From IMG/VR virus record IMGVR_UViG_3300032274_000031, positions 1 through 33,999 of that record: DNA of 33,999 bases; one strand, written 5' to 3'. A model generated the notes under the pieces. The model ran no database searches, was not told where the DNA came from, and saw only the letters and a program-made list of their open reading frames with translations. The DNA comes from a virus. Lineage: Duplodnaviria; Caudoviricetes. How positions within the stretch are numbered: the first letter of the stretch is position 1; each line of letters opens with the position of its first letter. Shown here in pieces: positions 1-8,073 of this stretch. The position numbers were made by a program, and so were the translations under genes.

Positions 1-23
1 CACGCTGACGGAAGACGCGGCCA
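1..23. repeat. Terminal 23-bp overlap (circular assembly junction), copy 1
   Basis: CACGCTGACGGAAGACGCGGCCA at 1-23 is identical to 33977-33999. Confidence 0.97.
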
Positions 24-406
24 CACCGGCGGCAAATTGGAAGTATCAATATAGCATCCCTGGCGATTGGCTGGCCTTTGATCTGGTCTCCCTACCCGGT
101 TCTGAGGTGCCAATAGATCACGATATTGAAGAACGGAAGTTGTTGGGGAACTTCACACCGATTGCCGCTAAATATCGATTTCGGGCGAAGCCGTTAAACT
201 GGCCCGCCTGGTTCGATCAGTTGGCCATTGAATTTCTGGCGGCGGCTTTTTGTGAGCCGATAACGGAAAGCAACACAAAGGCGTTAAATATCCTGGAACG
301 GGTAGAGAAAATCACCCTGCCCCGATGCCGGTTAATTAATTCGCGTAATTCATCACCTGGCAAATTCCGGGATGAAACCCTGCTCCATGCACACCGCGGC
401 GGTTAA
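1..406 (+). CDS. Tail tubular protein A (T7 gp11-like adaptor), 3' part; the gene starts at 33807 and spans the junction (about 191 aa)
   Basis: Frame 2 is open from base 2 (TLTEDAATPAANWKYQYSIPGDW...) into ORF 107..406 and continuous with the ORF at 33807. It has the W-x-Y-Q-Y-x-x-P-x-D motif and lies between capsid and tail tube B. Confidence 0.85.
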   Translation, partial: TLTEDAATPAANWKYQYSIPGDWLAFDLVSLPGSEVPIDHDIEERKLLGNFTPIAAKYRFRAKPLNWPAWFDQLAIEFLAAAFCEPITESNTKALNILERVEKITLPRCRLINSRNSSPGKFRDETLLHAHRGG

Positions 407-408
407 TC

Positions 409-2388
409 ATGCCGATTAAAGCCCCATCGCAAACCTATAGCTTTTCATCTGGTGCCGTGCCCGGATTGGAATTTCGTAGTGACGTAGAGCGTTACTATTC
501 GGGCGCGTTAGATATCCAAAATATGATTGCAGGCGCAACGGGCTTTTTACGTGCCCGCGGCGGATCCCGGTTTATCCGGGAGCATTCCGGCGCGGATGAT
601 AACACGCTCTATGTCGAGTTCGAATACTCAGAAACGGCCAAGTATCTGCTGGTTATCATGAATTTAAAGGTGGAAGTCTATGACGGCACCACCAAGGCAC
701 TGAAAGCCACGGTAACAACGCCCTGGACATCTGCCCAGCTTTCGAACATCCGATACACGCAAGCGCTGGACACCATCATAGTTATGCATCCGGACCATGA
801 ACCGCGGCGCATTGTTCGAAATAGCGGCGATGATACCGTTTGGACGTTATCCCCGTTGCCCATGAAAAACCTACCAACGTTTCAATATACAGATGACACG
901 GTGGGCACCTGCACACCATCCGGATCCGTTGATTTTGGCGAGACGGCGACGTTAACCAGCACGTCCGGAGACTTCGCAAATGTTCCGGCTAGTCCATCCG
1001 GTCAAGGATGGGTGGTTTATATCAACGGTGGCCGGGTCAAGATCACCGGCAAGACCAGTAGTACGGTTGTTACTGGCACGGTTTCAGACAAGCTGACCGA
1101 TCAAAAAGCGGCGGAGCCTGGTGATTGGCAGGTAGAGGAACCGGTGTTTTCATCATCACGGGGCTGGCCGCATTCACTGGATCTATACGAAGGGCGTCAA
1201 ACCATCGGTGGTGCAAAAGCCAATCCTAATGGGTCTTGGGCGGCAAAAGCGGGCACGTTCTTTGATTTCGAAACGTCAACGGATGCCCTGGATGATGAGG
1301 CCGGGGAAACGTTCGTGGGTGGGCAAAAGCTTGGCACGATCCGCGATACATTGGCCGCGGATGTGCTGTTTCTGTTTTCGACTAATGGCATATGGGCCGT
1401 CCAGGAAACACCGATCACCACCACCAACTATGTGGCTCAATTGCAAACATCAATACCGGCGGCAAACGTGCGGCCGATCCTGATTGAAGATGCACCCGGC
1501 TTTATCATGGCGCGGAAAAACGGGGATCCGTTAAGCCTGTTTGAAATCACCTATGACGGCAACCGTGAAAAATACGGCGCGGAAGATCTGGCCTTGCTGG
1601 CACAATCTTACATGCGCGGCCCGGTGGATATGGATGAGCGCAAAGGCCAGACAGAAGACACGGCAAACCATGTGTTCCTGGTCAATGGCGATGATGGGAC
1701 GGTGCCGGTTATTCAGACGCGGCGTTCGCAGAAGATAGCCGGTTGGTCGATGTTTAATTTTCCAGTTGGTGAAGTTCTTCGAGTGGCTGTTGTTGGAAAT
1801 GCGGTTTTCTTTTTGATCAAACGCACGATTAACGGCGCTACCAGGTACTACATGGAAGAACTAACCGATGATCTTTCACACGATTGCGCGCTTACAGATA
1901 CGGACGGCACCGCAAAAAGCCTGTGGTCTGGGTTTAGTCACCTGGAAGGGCAAACCGTGCGGGTTAAGGGTGACGGTGCCTATAAGGGCGAATTCGTTGT
2001 CAGTGGTGGAAATATTGATTTAAGCGCGCTAGGGGATGAGGGGAATATTAGTAGCATCGAGGCGGGTCTGGTTTATGAGTGGCGGCTTGAAACCATGCCG
2101 GTGGCTGCGGAACTGCAAAACGGAACCGTGATTGGCCATCGTCACCGGATCGTTTGGGCGGCAATCCAGATGGTAAATACCTTTGATTTTTATGCACAAG
2201 TTGGAAGCGAAGTGCGGCCCGTGCGCTCCCGTCCATTTGGGGCGGCCACGTTTGGCCCGTTGAAATCGTTTACCGGTTCTAAAAAGGTTCGGTTCAAGAC
2301 CTGGTTTAAAGATGAAGGCGGCACGGTCACGCTTTACGGGGATAAGCCGGCGGAAATTCACTCACTAACAAAATGGATCGCACAATGA
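409..2388 (+). CDS. Tail tubular protein B (T7 gp12-like nozzle)
   Basis: 659 aa, beta-rich. N-terminal QTYSFSSG...RSDVERY...N...G...RGG, YTQxxDxxxxxHPDHEPR and RGWP motifs are typical of podovirus nozzle proteins; follows tube A. Confidence 0.85.
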   Translation: MPIKAPSQTYSFSSGAVPGLEFRSDVERYYSGALDIQNMIAGATGFLRARGGSRFIREHSGADDNTLYVEFEYSETAKYLLVIMNLKVEVYDGTTKALKATVTTPWTSAQLSNIRYTQALDTIIVMHPDHEPRRIVRNSGDDTVWTLSPLPMKNLPTFQYTDDTVGTCTPSGSVDFGETATLTSTSGDFANVPASPSGQGWVVYINGGRVKITGKTSSTVVTGTVSDKLTDQKAAEPGDWQVEEPVFSSSRGWPHSLDLYEGRQTIGGAKANPNGSWAAKAGTFFDFETSTDALDDEAGETFVGGQKLGTIRDTLAADVLFLFSTNGIWAVQETPITTTNYVAQLQTSIPAANVRPILIEDAPGFIMARKNGDPLSLFEITYDGNREKYGAEDLALLAQSYMRGPVDMDERKGQTEDTANHVFLVNGDDGTVPVIQTRRSQKIAGWSMFNFPVGEVLRVAVVGNAVFFLIKRTINGATRYYMEELTDDLSHDCALTDTDGTAKSLWSGFSHLEGQTVRVKGDGAYKGEFVVSGGNIDLSALGDEGNISSIEAGLVYEWRLETMPVAAELQNGTVIGHRHRIVWAAIQMVNTFDFYAQVGSEVRPVRSRPFGAATFGPLKSFTGSKKVRFKTWFKDEGGTVTLYGDKPAEIHSLTKWIAQ

Positions 2389-3107
2389 GCAGCAATACAT
2401 TAAAGGTTGCCGTGCCAATCATGGCATTGGCGGGCGTTGGGATCGCTACCGGAGGGTTTGGCCTGGCGGCCGCGGGTGCAAGCGGTGCGGCGGGAGCTGG
2501 GGCGGCGGGTGTCGCGGCGGGCCTCCCTGCCCTGGCACCAGCAACTACAGTCGGTCTTGCACCAGGAGTAACAACGGCCGGGCTGGCGGCAAGCAATACA
2601 GCCGCGGCAAGCACGGGTTTTTCGTCGCTGTTCACCGGGTTGGCAACAAAATCTAACGTAGGTCTCGCGTTTTCGGGGCTGGGTCTCGGGTCAAATCTGT
2701 TGGGTGCAAAACAACAGGCGGACGCGGACAAGGCCAATTTACAGGCACAAGAGGCGCAACAAACCCAGATAGACGCGGACGCACGCGCCGATCTGGCCAT
2801 TAAAGAGCGTGACAATCAATTTCGAGTGGCAGAAGCCCTTTCAAGTGTCGCCACCTATTTCGGTGCGCGTGGGGCCGCGCCTGGTGTTGGGTCCGCACGG
2901 ACGGCCACGGATGGGATCGTAAGCGGTGGGGCTGCGGAGGCGGACACGCTGGCGGCCGGTTTGTCATCGTTGGATAGTGCCAACATTTCAGCGTCCAGGC
3001 TGCGACGGTCGCGTGCCAAGCAAAGCAGATCCGCAACGCTCGGCCGGGTGGCCGGTGGCTTCCTGGATTTCGGCCGGGACATCTATAGGGCAAAGGTTCA
3101 AGCATAA
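2385..3107 (+). CDS. Internal virion/ejection protein (small, Ala/Gly-rich, gp14-like position)
   Basis: ATGA overlap with the tube B stop at 2385. Hydrophobic Gly/Ala N-half followed by a Q/A-rich coiled coil; synteny. Confidence 0.7.
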   Translation: MSSNTLKVAVPIMALAGVGIATGGFGLAAAGASGAAGAGAAGVAAGLPALAPATTVGLAPGVTTAGLAASNTAAASTGFSSLFTGLATKSNVGLAFSGLGLGSNLLGAKQQADADKANLQAQEAQQTQIDADARADLAIKERDNQFRVAEALSSVATYFGARGAAPGVGSARTATDGIVSGGAAEADTLAAGLSSLDSANISASRLRRSRAKQSRSATLGRVAGGFLDFGRDIYRAKVQA

Positions 3108-6004
3108 TGGCCAAAACACCAACTGCCGGACCTGCCCGGTTTAATCGTCGGTTTTTGGTTAAGGGTCGCAACCTGCCCAATCAAAGCCTGGCCGCTGTTG
3201 GCGCGAACGCTGGCCCTGTGGCGGCGACATTGCAAGCGGTGGCCGGTTACGGTCGGGCGTTGATTGAAGAGGACATAGCCGAAAAAACACAGAAGGCAAA
3301 AGACCAGGCAACGCGTGACGGCAAGGCGGCCGGTCTCAGTTCGGCGGAAGCATTTAACCCGATTGAATACCGGGAGCGCCTGACGGAAGCCGATGACGCC
3401 TATAACACGGCGATACGTGCCAGCTACTTAAGCCGGGTGGATCTATCCATTGATGAGGAAATCACGCAACACGCCCTCGCCTACCCCGATAACCCGGCGG
3501 CGTTTACGGATGCGTTCGACAAGTCAGCGGATAAGTTCATGGGCCTGGTCGATGCGGACGTGCGTCCGGACTTGGCGTTAAACATCCAATCACGCAAACA
3601 GCGCGCTTTGCTGCCGATTATGAAAAACGCCAGAACCAAGAGCGAAGCGCAGGCGAACGCGGTTTTATTGGCGGATGGTGACGCCTACCGAGATCAGGCC
3701 TTAAACGCCTGGCGCACGGACAACCCGGACGAAATAGAAGCATCAACCGCCAAATATGAGGCGGTGCTGTCGTCGCGGTCGGATCTATCGCCACAACAGA
3801 AAACCGGATTACTTCTGGATTTTGAACAGGACGTGCGCCGCCAGGTGGTGCTTGGTGGGTTTGATCAGGCAAAGGCGCAAGGGTTTGACCAGGCGCGGGC
3901 CTATGTGGAAGAGGTGGCCAATAACAGCAAAGGCATTGCGGATCCGGATGAGCGGGACCTGTTGACCGGAGAAATGGCGCAAGATCTGCGCGCCCTAGAT
4001 GCGCAACGCAAAGCCCAAACCCGGCAATTGCGCGGTGATTTGAAATCAATGATTACTGTTCTCGGCAAGGGTTACCCAGTTGGTGATCAGCTTACGAAAG
4101 CCAAGCAGGCCATAGGCGCGGTTGGGGATCCGGACCTGGCGGAAGAATTGCGCGTGGCAGAACGATTGTTTCACGTTCAGCAATCGGCACGGCAACAAAC
4201 ACCGGCCGGGCTTGAACGCGCCATAGCGGAAATGGATGAACGCCTGGGCACTCAATCGAGTGTCAGTGAAGAGCAATTAAATCAACGCGACATCGCCGGT
4301 AAAATCAAAACGGAGATGGATAAGGCCCTGGGCGTGTCAGTGCTAGAATGGGCTGGCCGTTCCAATGTCGTAACGGTTTCAGCATTGGATTTCCAAAACC
4401 CGCAATCTGTGGCGGCGCGGGTAGAAGCGGCACGGGTGGCGTCGGTATACTATGGCCGGGATGCCCTGCCCTTTCTTCCGGAAGAAATCACCATGATATC
4501 TAAAAGATATCAGGAAGCGGACGCCCTGGGTAAAACGGCCGTGCTCTCGGACCTGGCAGAACTCGACATGCCGGACGATATGCAAGCGGCCGTCCTGGAT
4601 GAACTGAACACCAAAGATCCGCATATGGCGTTTATGGTGGATCTGTCGCAGTCAGCCCCCCTCACCGCGCGATCTGTGATGCTGGGCAAAAGTATCTTGG
4701 CGGATAATAAGGGGATCCTGCCAAAGCCGGAAGATGTCGAAGGGGCGTATTTTGAGTATATGGGCGATGCCCTGCGCGCGGATCAAACCGGCACTTCACG
4801 CGCGGCTATCCAGGACGCAGCCGCGGCGCTCTATGCCCAAAAGATCCAGGGTGATGGATTTCAGGAAGACATTGAAAAATATAGTGACGCGGTGGCGGAA
4901 GTCGTGGGCACGGTCATTGAACATAATGACCAGAAAACCATCCTACCGCGCGGGCTTCCCGAAGAGATGTTTCACAACTGGGTGGATGGCCTGACGGAAG
5001 ATAATTTATTCGATATGCGCGGCGGCGTGATGGTTGGCCCGCACCGGCAAACCCCGGACGGCCTGGTGCCGATGGGTGCAAAGGAAATTAGAGAAGACGG
5101 GCGGTTCGTCACCGTGGGCGATGGGCAATATATGATCGCGGTGGAATCCAGTACCGGCATATTTGGCGATGACGAGTTGCGCTATGCGGTCGGTGAAGAT
5201 GGCCAGCCCTTTGTCCTGGATATCAACACACCGGAAGAAGATGACGCGTTAACGGCCGCGGTCGGGGATCAGGACCTGCAAGGCGGCGCGGGTGATGATC
5301 AACTGGAACCGGCGGTGGAAGTTTCCAACTTAAAACTATTGGGCGCGGCACGGAAGATCGGCCGCCACATTAAGGGAAAACTGTTTGGCCGCCAGGAAAC
5401 CCGCGCGGCACGGCGCGAACTGAGCGGTAAAGTCAATCCGGTGCCCATGCATATGACGTTACGGACGGTTTCACGCGTCTTGCACCAGGTTAACGAGGCT
5501 CGGCGCGCGGAAGGCCATGAACCGCTTGTCTCCGTGACCCTCTCCCCTGCTGATTATCCGGCCGGGTATTCGCAACCCGATATCGTGCAAGGTTTAGCGG
5601 AGGCCGTTTACCAGGGACATTTCAAAGGACCTGACGGCGGACGCACAGAAATTAATTTCGGACCGTTAGACCCGTACCTGGTTGATCGGATCAAAGGGGA
5701 GACGGGCATAGATCTGGCGGACTACCAGGACGTTATTGATACGGACGGGATCAGCCACGCCAAAAACAGCCATGGTCCCGATGCCAAACAATCGAAGGAT
5801 CAAGAGCCGGTAGGGCCGGAAGCCTTCGCCACCTATCGGCATGTGCTCAACGGCTATGACCGTTTGTCAACGCGCACGGGCACGGACGGGCGGACATTGA
5901 AATTCGAAAAGGATGTGAACGGCGTCATGGTGGTTGTTGAAAAGACCATGGATAAGCGGCGCGCGCTGGCCTTCAAAACAATGTGGATCAAAAAACGAAA
6001 ATAA
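3107..6004 (+). CDS. Large internal virion/ejection protein with C-terminal PBECR3-like (Barnase/EndoU/ColicinE5/RelE-like) nuclease domain
   Basis: 965 aa helical protein in the ejection block. The C-terminal ~120 aa (ETGIDLADYQDVIDTDGISHAKNSHG...DQEPV...LKFEK...VVVEK...LAFKTMWIKK) fits the PBECR3 pattern as I recall it. Confidence 0.7.
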   Translation: MAKTPTAGPARFNRRFLVKGRNLPNQSLAAVGANAGPVAATLQAVAGYGRALIEEDIAEKTQKAKDQATRDGKAAGLSSAEAFNPIEYRERLTEADDAYNTAIRASYLSRVDLSIDEEITQHALAYPDNPAAFTDAFDKSADKFMGLVDADVRPDLALNIQSRKQRALLPIMKNARTKSEAQANAVLLADGDAYRDQALNAWRTDNPDEIEASTAKYEAVLSSRSDLSPQQKTGLLLDFEQDVRRQVVLGGFDQAKAQGFDQARAYVEEVANNSKGIADPDERDLLTGEMAQDLRALDAQRKAQTRQLRGDLKSMITVLGKGYPVGDQLTKAKQAIGAVGDPDLAEELRVAERLFHVQQSARQQTPAGLERAIAEMDERLGTQSSVSEEQLNQRDIAGKIKTEMDKALGVSVLEWAGRSNVVTVSALDFQNPQSVAARVEAARVASVYYGRDALPFLPEEITMISKRYQEADALGKTAVLSDLAELDMPDDMQAAVLDELNTKDPHMAFMVDLSQSAPLTARSVMLGKSILADNKGILPKPEDVEGAYFEYMGDALRADQTGTSRAAIQDAAAALYAQKIQGDGFQEDIEKYSDAVAEVVGTVIEHNDQKTILPRGLPEEMFHNWVDGLTEDNLFDMRGGVMVGPHRQTPDGLVPMGAKEIREDGRFVTVGDGQYMIAVESSTGIFGDDELRYAVGEDGQPFVLDINTPEEDDALTAAVGDQDLQGGAGDDQLEPAVEVSNLKLLGAARKIGRHIKGKLFGRQETRAARRELSGKVNPVPMHMTLRTVSRVLHQVNEARRAEGHEPLVSVTLSPADYPAGYSQPDIVQGLAEAVYQGHFKGPDGGRTEINFGPLDPYLVDRIKGETGIDLADYQDVIDTDGISHAKNSHGPDAKQSKDQEPVGPEAFATYRHVLNGYDRLSTRTGTDGRTLKFEKDVNGVMVVVEKTMDKRRALAFKTMWIKKRK
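4484..4511. repeat. GATATC-like array with 11-bp period (intragenic)
   Basis: GAAATC(4484)-N5-GATATC(4495)-N5-GATATC(4506). Confidence 0.7.
5144..5172. repeat. 22-bp palindromic element with adjacent GANTC (intragenic)
   Basis: GAATC-CA-GTACCGGCATATTTGGCGATGA; unit at 5151-5172. Confidence 0.75.
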
Positions 6005-6008
6005 AGTG

Positions 6009-6060
6009 GCGGGTGCCATGGCTGCCAAGGCCGCCACGGAGACGCACGTAGCGCACCCGC
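6009..6060 (+). other. Intergenic stem-loop directly after the nuclease-domain gene
   Basis: GCGGGTGC (6009-6016) pairs with GCACCCGC (6053-6060) and encloses an inner TGGC..GCC-AA-GGC..GCCA hairpin; no U-tract follows. Confidence 0.55.
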
Positions 6061-6081
6061 TCAAGAGGTTTATAGAACGAA

Positions 6082-8073
6082 ATGCGGATTAATACGAGAG
6101 ATTTTCAAACATCAGCGGCGCTAATGCCTTTGCAAGGCGCGCCGACTGGCTTTGTCGAGAATACAAAAGCGGCATTCTCGGCCGTTTCACATAATGATCG
6201 TTCAATATCTGGATGGGGCAACCTGAAATCCGCCTATGACGATTACCTAGCGGACGTGGAAAAACAAACAGGCAAACAATTTGATAATCCAATGCTAGCG
6301 ACAAGTGCGCCGGTTCTGGGCATTGAAAGCCTGGGCGATAGTGGCCGGGCGATACAGGCGGCACGGCAAAAGCTTGATGCGGACCTGGTAAACTTGCATG
6401 AAACGGGCGGCGGATTTGATTTAAAGCGTGGCCAGGATCTAGAGCAAGCAATCAGAAACCAGGCGCGCGAATTAGAGACGGCCGCGGAAGATGTCGGAAA
6501 CCGGGCAGACGGGCTGGGAACGCTCGGCCAATTCACCGGGTCAATGGGTGCGGCGTTTACGGATCCGCCATTGATGGCCACTCTTTTTGCTGGTGCACCG
6601 GCCGCGGCGGGTTTTCTGCGAACCGCTATCATTGAAGGCGCTATAGGTGCGACAACGGAAGCGGCCATACAACCGACCGTGCAAGCCTACCGCCAGGAAC
6701 TCGGGTTGGAATACGGTTTGGATCAGGCGGCGCAAAATATCGCATTGGGTGCTGCTGGTGGGGCTGCGTTAAGTCCCATTGCGAAGCTTGCAGGCATGGG
6801 AACAACGAAACTCCTGGATGTTTGGCGCAAAACCCGAAAACAACCCAGCCAGGCAGAGCAAGACGCGGCGGCGATGCTACAACGCCAGGAAGAAATGATT
6901 CCGGCCGGTGTAGATCCGGAAGTGGCGGCCGCGAACCTGGATAAGGCCATGGCGGCCGGTAATGAAGGGCGGCCGTTGCGTGATGATGAACTGGTATCTG
7001 TAGATCCTGCACCGGCAGATGTGGCGGTGACACCGGCGGCAACAGCGGATCCGGCGGTGCGTGCCGGTAGCGCGCGGGATCCGCTTGGTGTTGTGGATGA
7101 TACGGCACCTTGGCGGTTGCCGCGGCGGACCGTTGAGCGGGTGCGTAACGTCTCCCCTGCCCTGGATGATGGCCAGAAAGAAACCATCAAACAACTGGCG
7201 CATGCTATCCAGTGGGCAAACACCACAAATGCCGAAAGCAGGCTTTCGGGTGAATTGTCAGATTTCTTAAAACAGGCAGAAAGCACCCCGATAACCCCGT
7301 TTCTGGACGCGTTGAGGGGTAAAGGGCCGGGCATTGGTGCCGGAGCTGTACGAGAGAAGCCGTTAATTCACGCGATCAAGGCCAAAGGGGGCTTACATCC
7401 GGAAGCGCTGGACCGGGCGGAATTGGAGCATATCGGGATCACGCCAAAGACCGTTCCGGGTTTCTTTTCGCGGAAATCAGAACATTACAGCCTGGATAGT
7501 CTGGGTGAAGTCCTGGGCGATAGCGGATTGTTTCCGGAAGTCGTTGGCGGCGGACGGATCGCACCGGATGAACTGGTGGAAAGCCTGCGCGGTGAAATGG
7601 CCGGGCAACCGCGGCGCGATCTTATGGATGATGAGGCGCTGGCCAATCAACAACTTTTAGATGACTTGGACCAGGCCATAAACGAAGCCGGAATTGATTT
7701 ATCCCTACCCGATTGGGAAATACAAAATCAGTTAGATCATTTTGCCGTTGCTGCGCGTGAGGCGTTGCAGCCGTTGGGCCGCGAATATGGCCAGGCGGTT
7801 GACCCACAAGGCAGGGAAGCGGCGGCGGTGCTTTCCGATCAGGACATGGACCGGGCCGCGGAAATACACGGGGATCTCTACGCCCGCAACCTGGCGGAAC
7901 TGCATGAGCATATGGCCGCCAATGATGATTTCGAAGTGGTGATTGATTTTGAGATGAACCAGGCCACCAAACAAATAGAGCCGGTCAAGATCCGGGCGCG
8001 GGATCTCTTAAATCAACTGGATATGGAAGAAGAAACCATAGAAGCATTTGCCATATGTGCGGGGGTTAAATAA
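6082..8073 (+). CDS. Internal virion/ejection protein
   Basis: 663 aa, with a Gly/Ala hydrophobic segment (GQFTGSMGAAFTDP...EGAIGATTEAAIQP) typical of podovirus DNA-transfer proteins; synteny. Confidence 0.7.
   Translation: MRINTRDFQTSAALMPLQGAPTGFVENTKAAFSAVSHNDRSISGWGNLKSAYDDYLADVEKQTGKQFDNPMLATSAPVLGIESLGDSGRAIQAARQKLDADLVNLHETGGGFDLKRGQDLEQAIRNQARELETAAEDVGNRADGLGTLGQFTGSMGAAFTDPPLMATLFAGAPAAAGFLRTAIIEGAIGATTEAAIQPTVQAYRQELGLEYGLDQAAQNIALGAAGGAALSPIAKLAGMGTTKLLDVWRKTRKQPSQAEQDAAAMLQRQEEMIPAGVDPEVAAANLDKAMAAGNEGRPLRDDELVSVDPAPADVAVTPAATADPAVRAGSARDPLGVVDDTAPWRLPRRTVERVRNVSPALDDGQKETIKQLAHAIQWANTTNAESRLSGELSDFLKQAESTPITPFLDALRGKGPGIGAGAVREKPLIHAIKAKGGLHPEALDRAELEHIGITPKTVPGFFSRKSEHYSLDSLGEVLGDSGLFPEVVGGGRIAPDELVESLRGEMAGQPRRDLMDDEALANQQLLDDLDQAINEAGIDLSLPDWEIQNQLDHFAVAAREALQPLGREYGQAVDPQGREAAAVLSDQDMDRAAEIHGDLYARNLAELHEHMAANDDFEVVIDFEMNQATKQIEPVKIRARDLLNQLDMEEETIEAFAICAGVK
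7009..7060. repeat. Two 22-bp palindromic elements in tandem (in frame)
   Basis: GCACCGGCAGATGTGGCGGTGA (7009) and GCAACAGCGGATCCGGCGGTGC (7039); they encode the linker APADVAV..ATADPAV. Confidence 0.75.

Noticed and set aside
3744-3768. CAACCGCCAAATATGAGGCGGTGC as another 22-bp unit
   Set aside because: Half-sites are 2 bp too far apart and there is no flanking GANTC; left out of the count.
5272-5304. RTX calcium-binding repeat (LQGGAGDDQL)
   Set aside because: Single copy in an acidic linker; RTX beta-rolls need tandem repeats.
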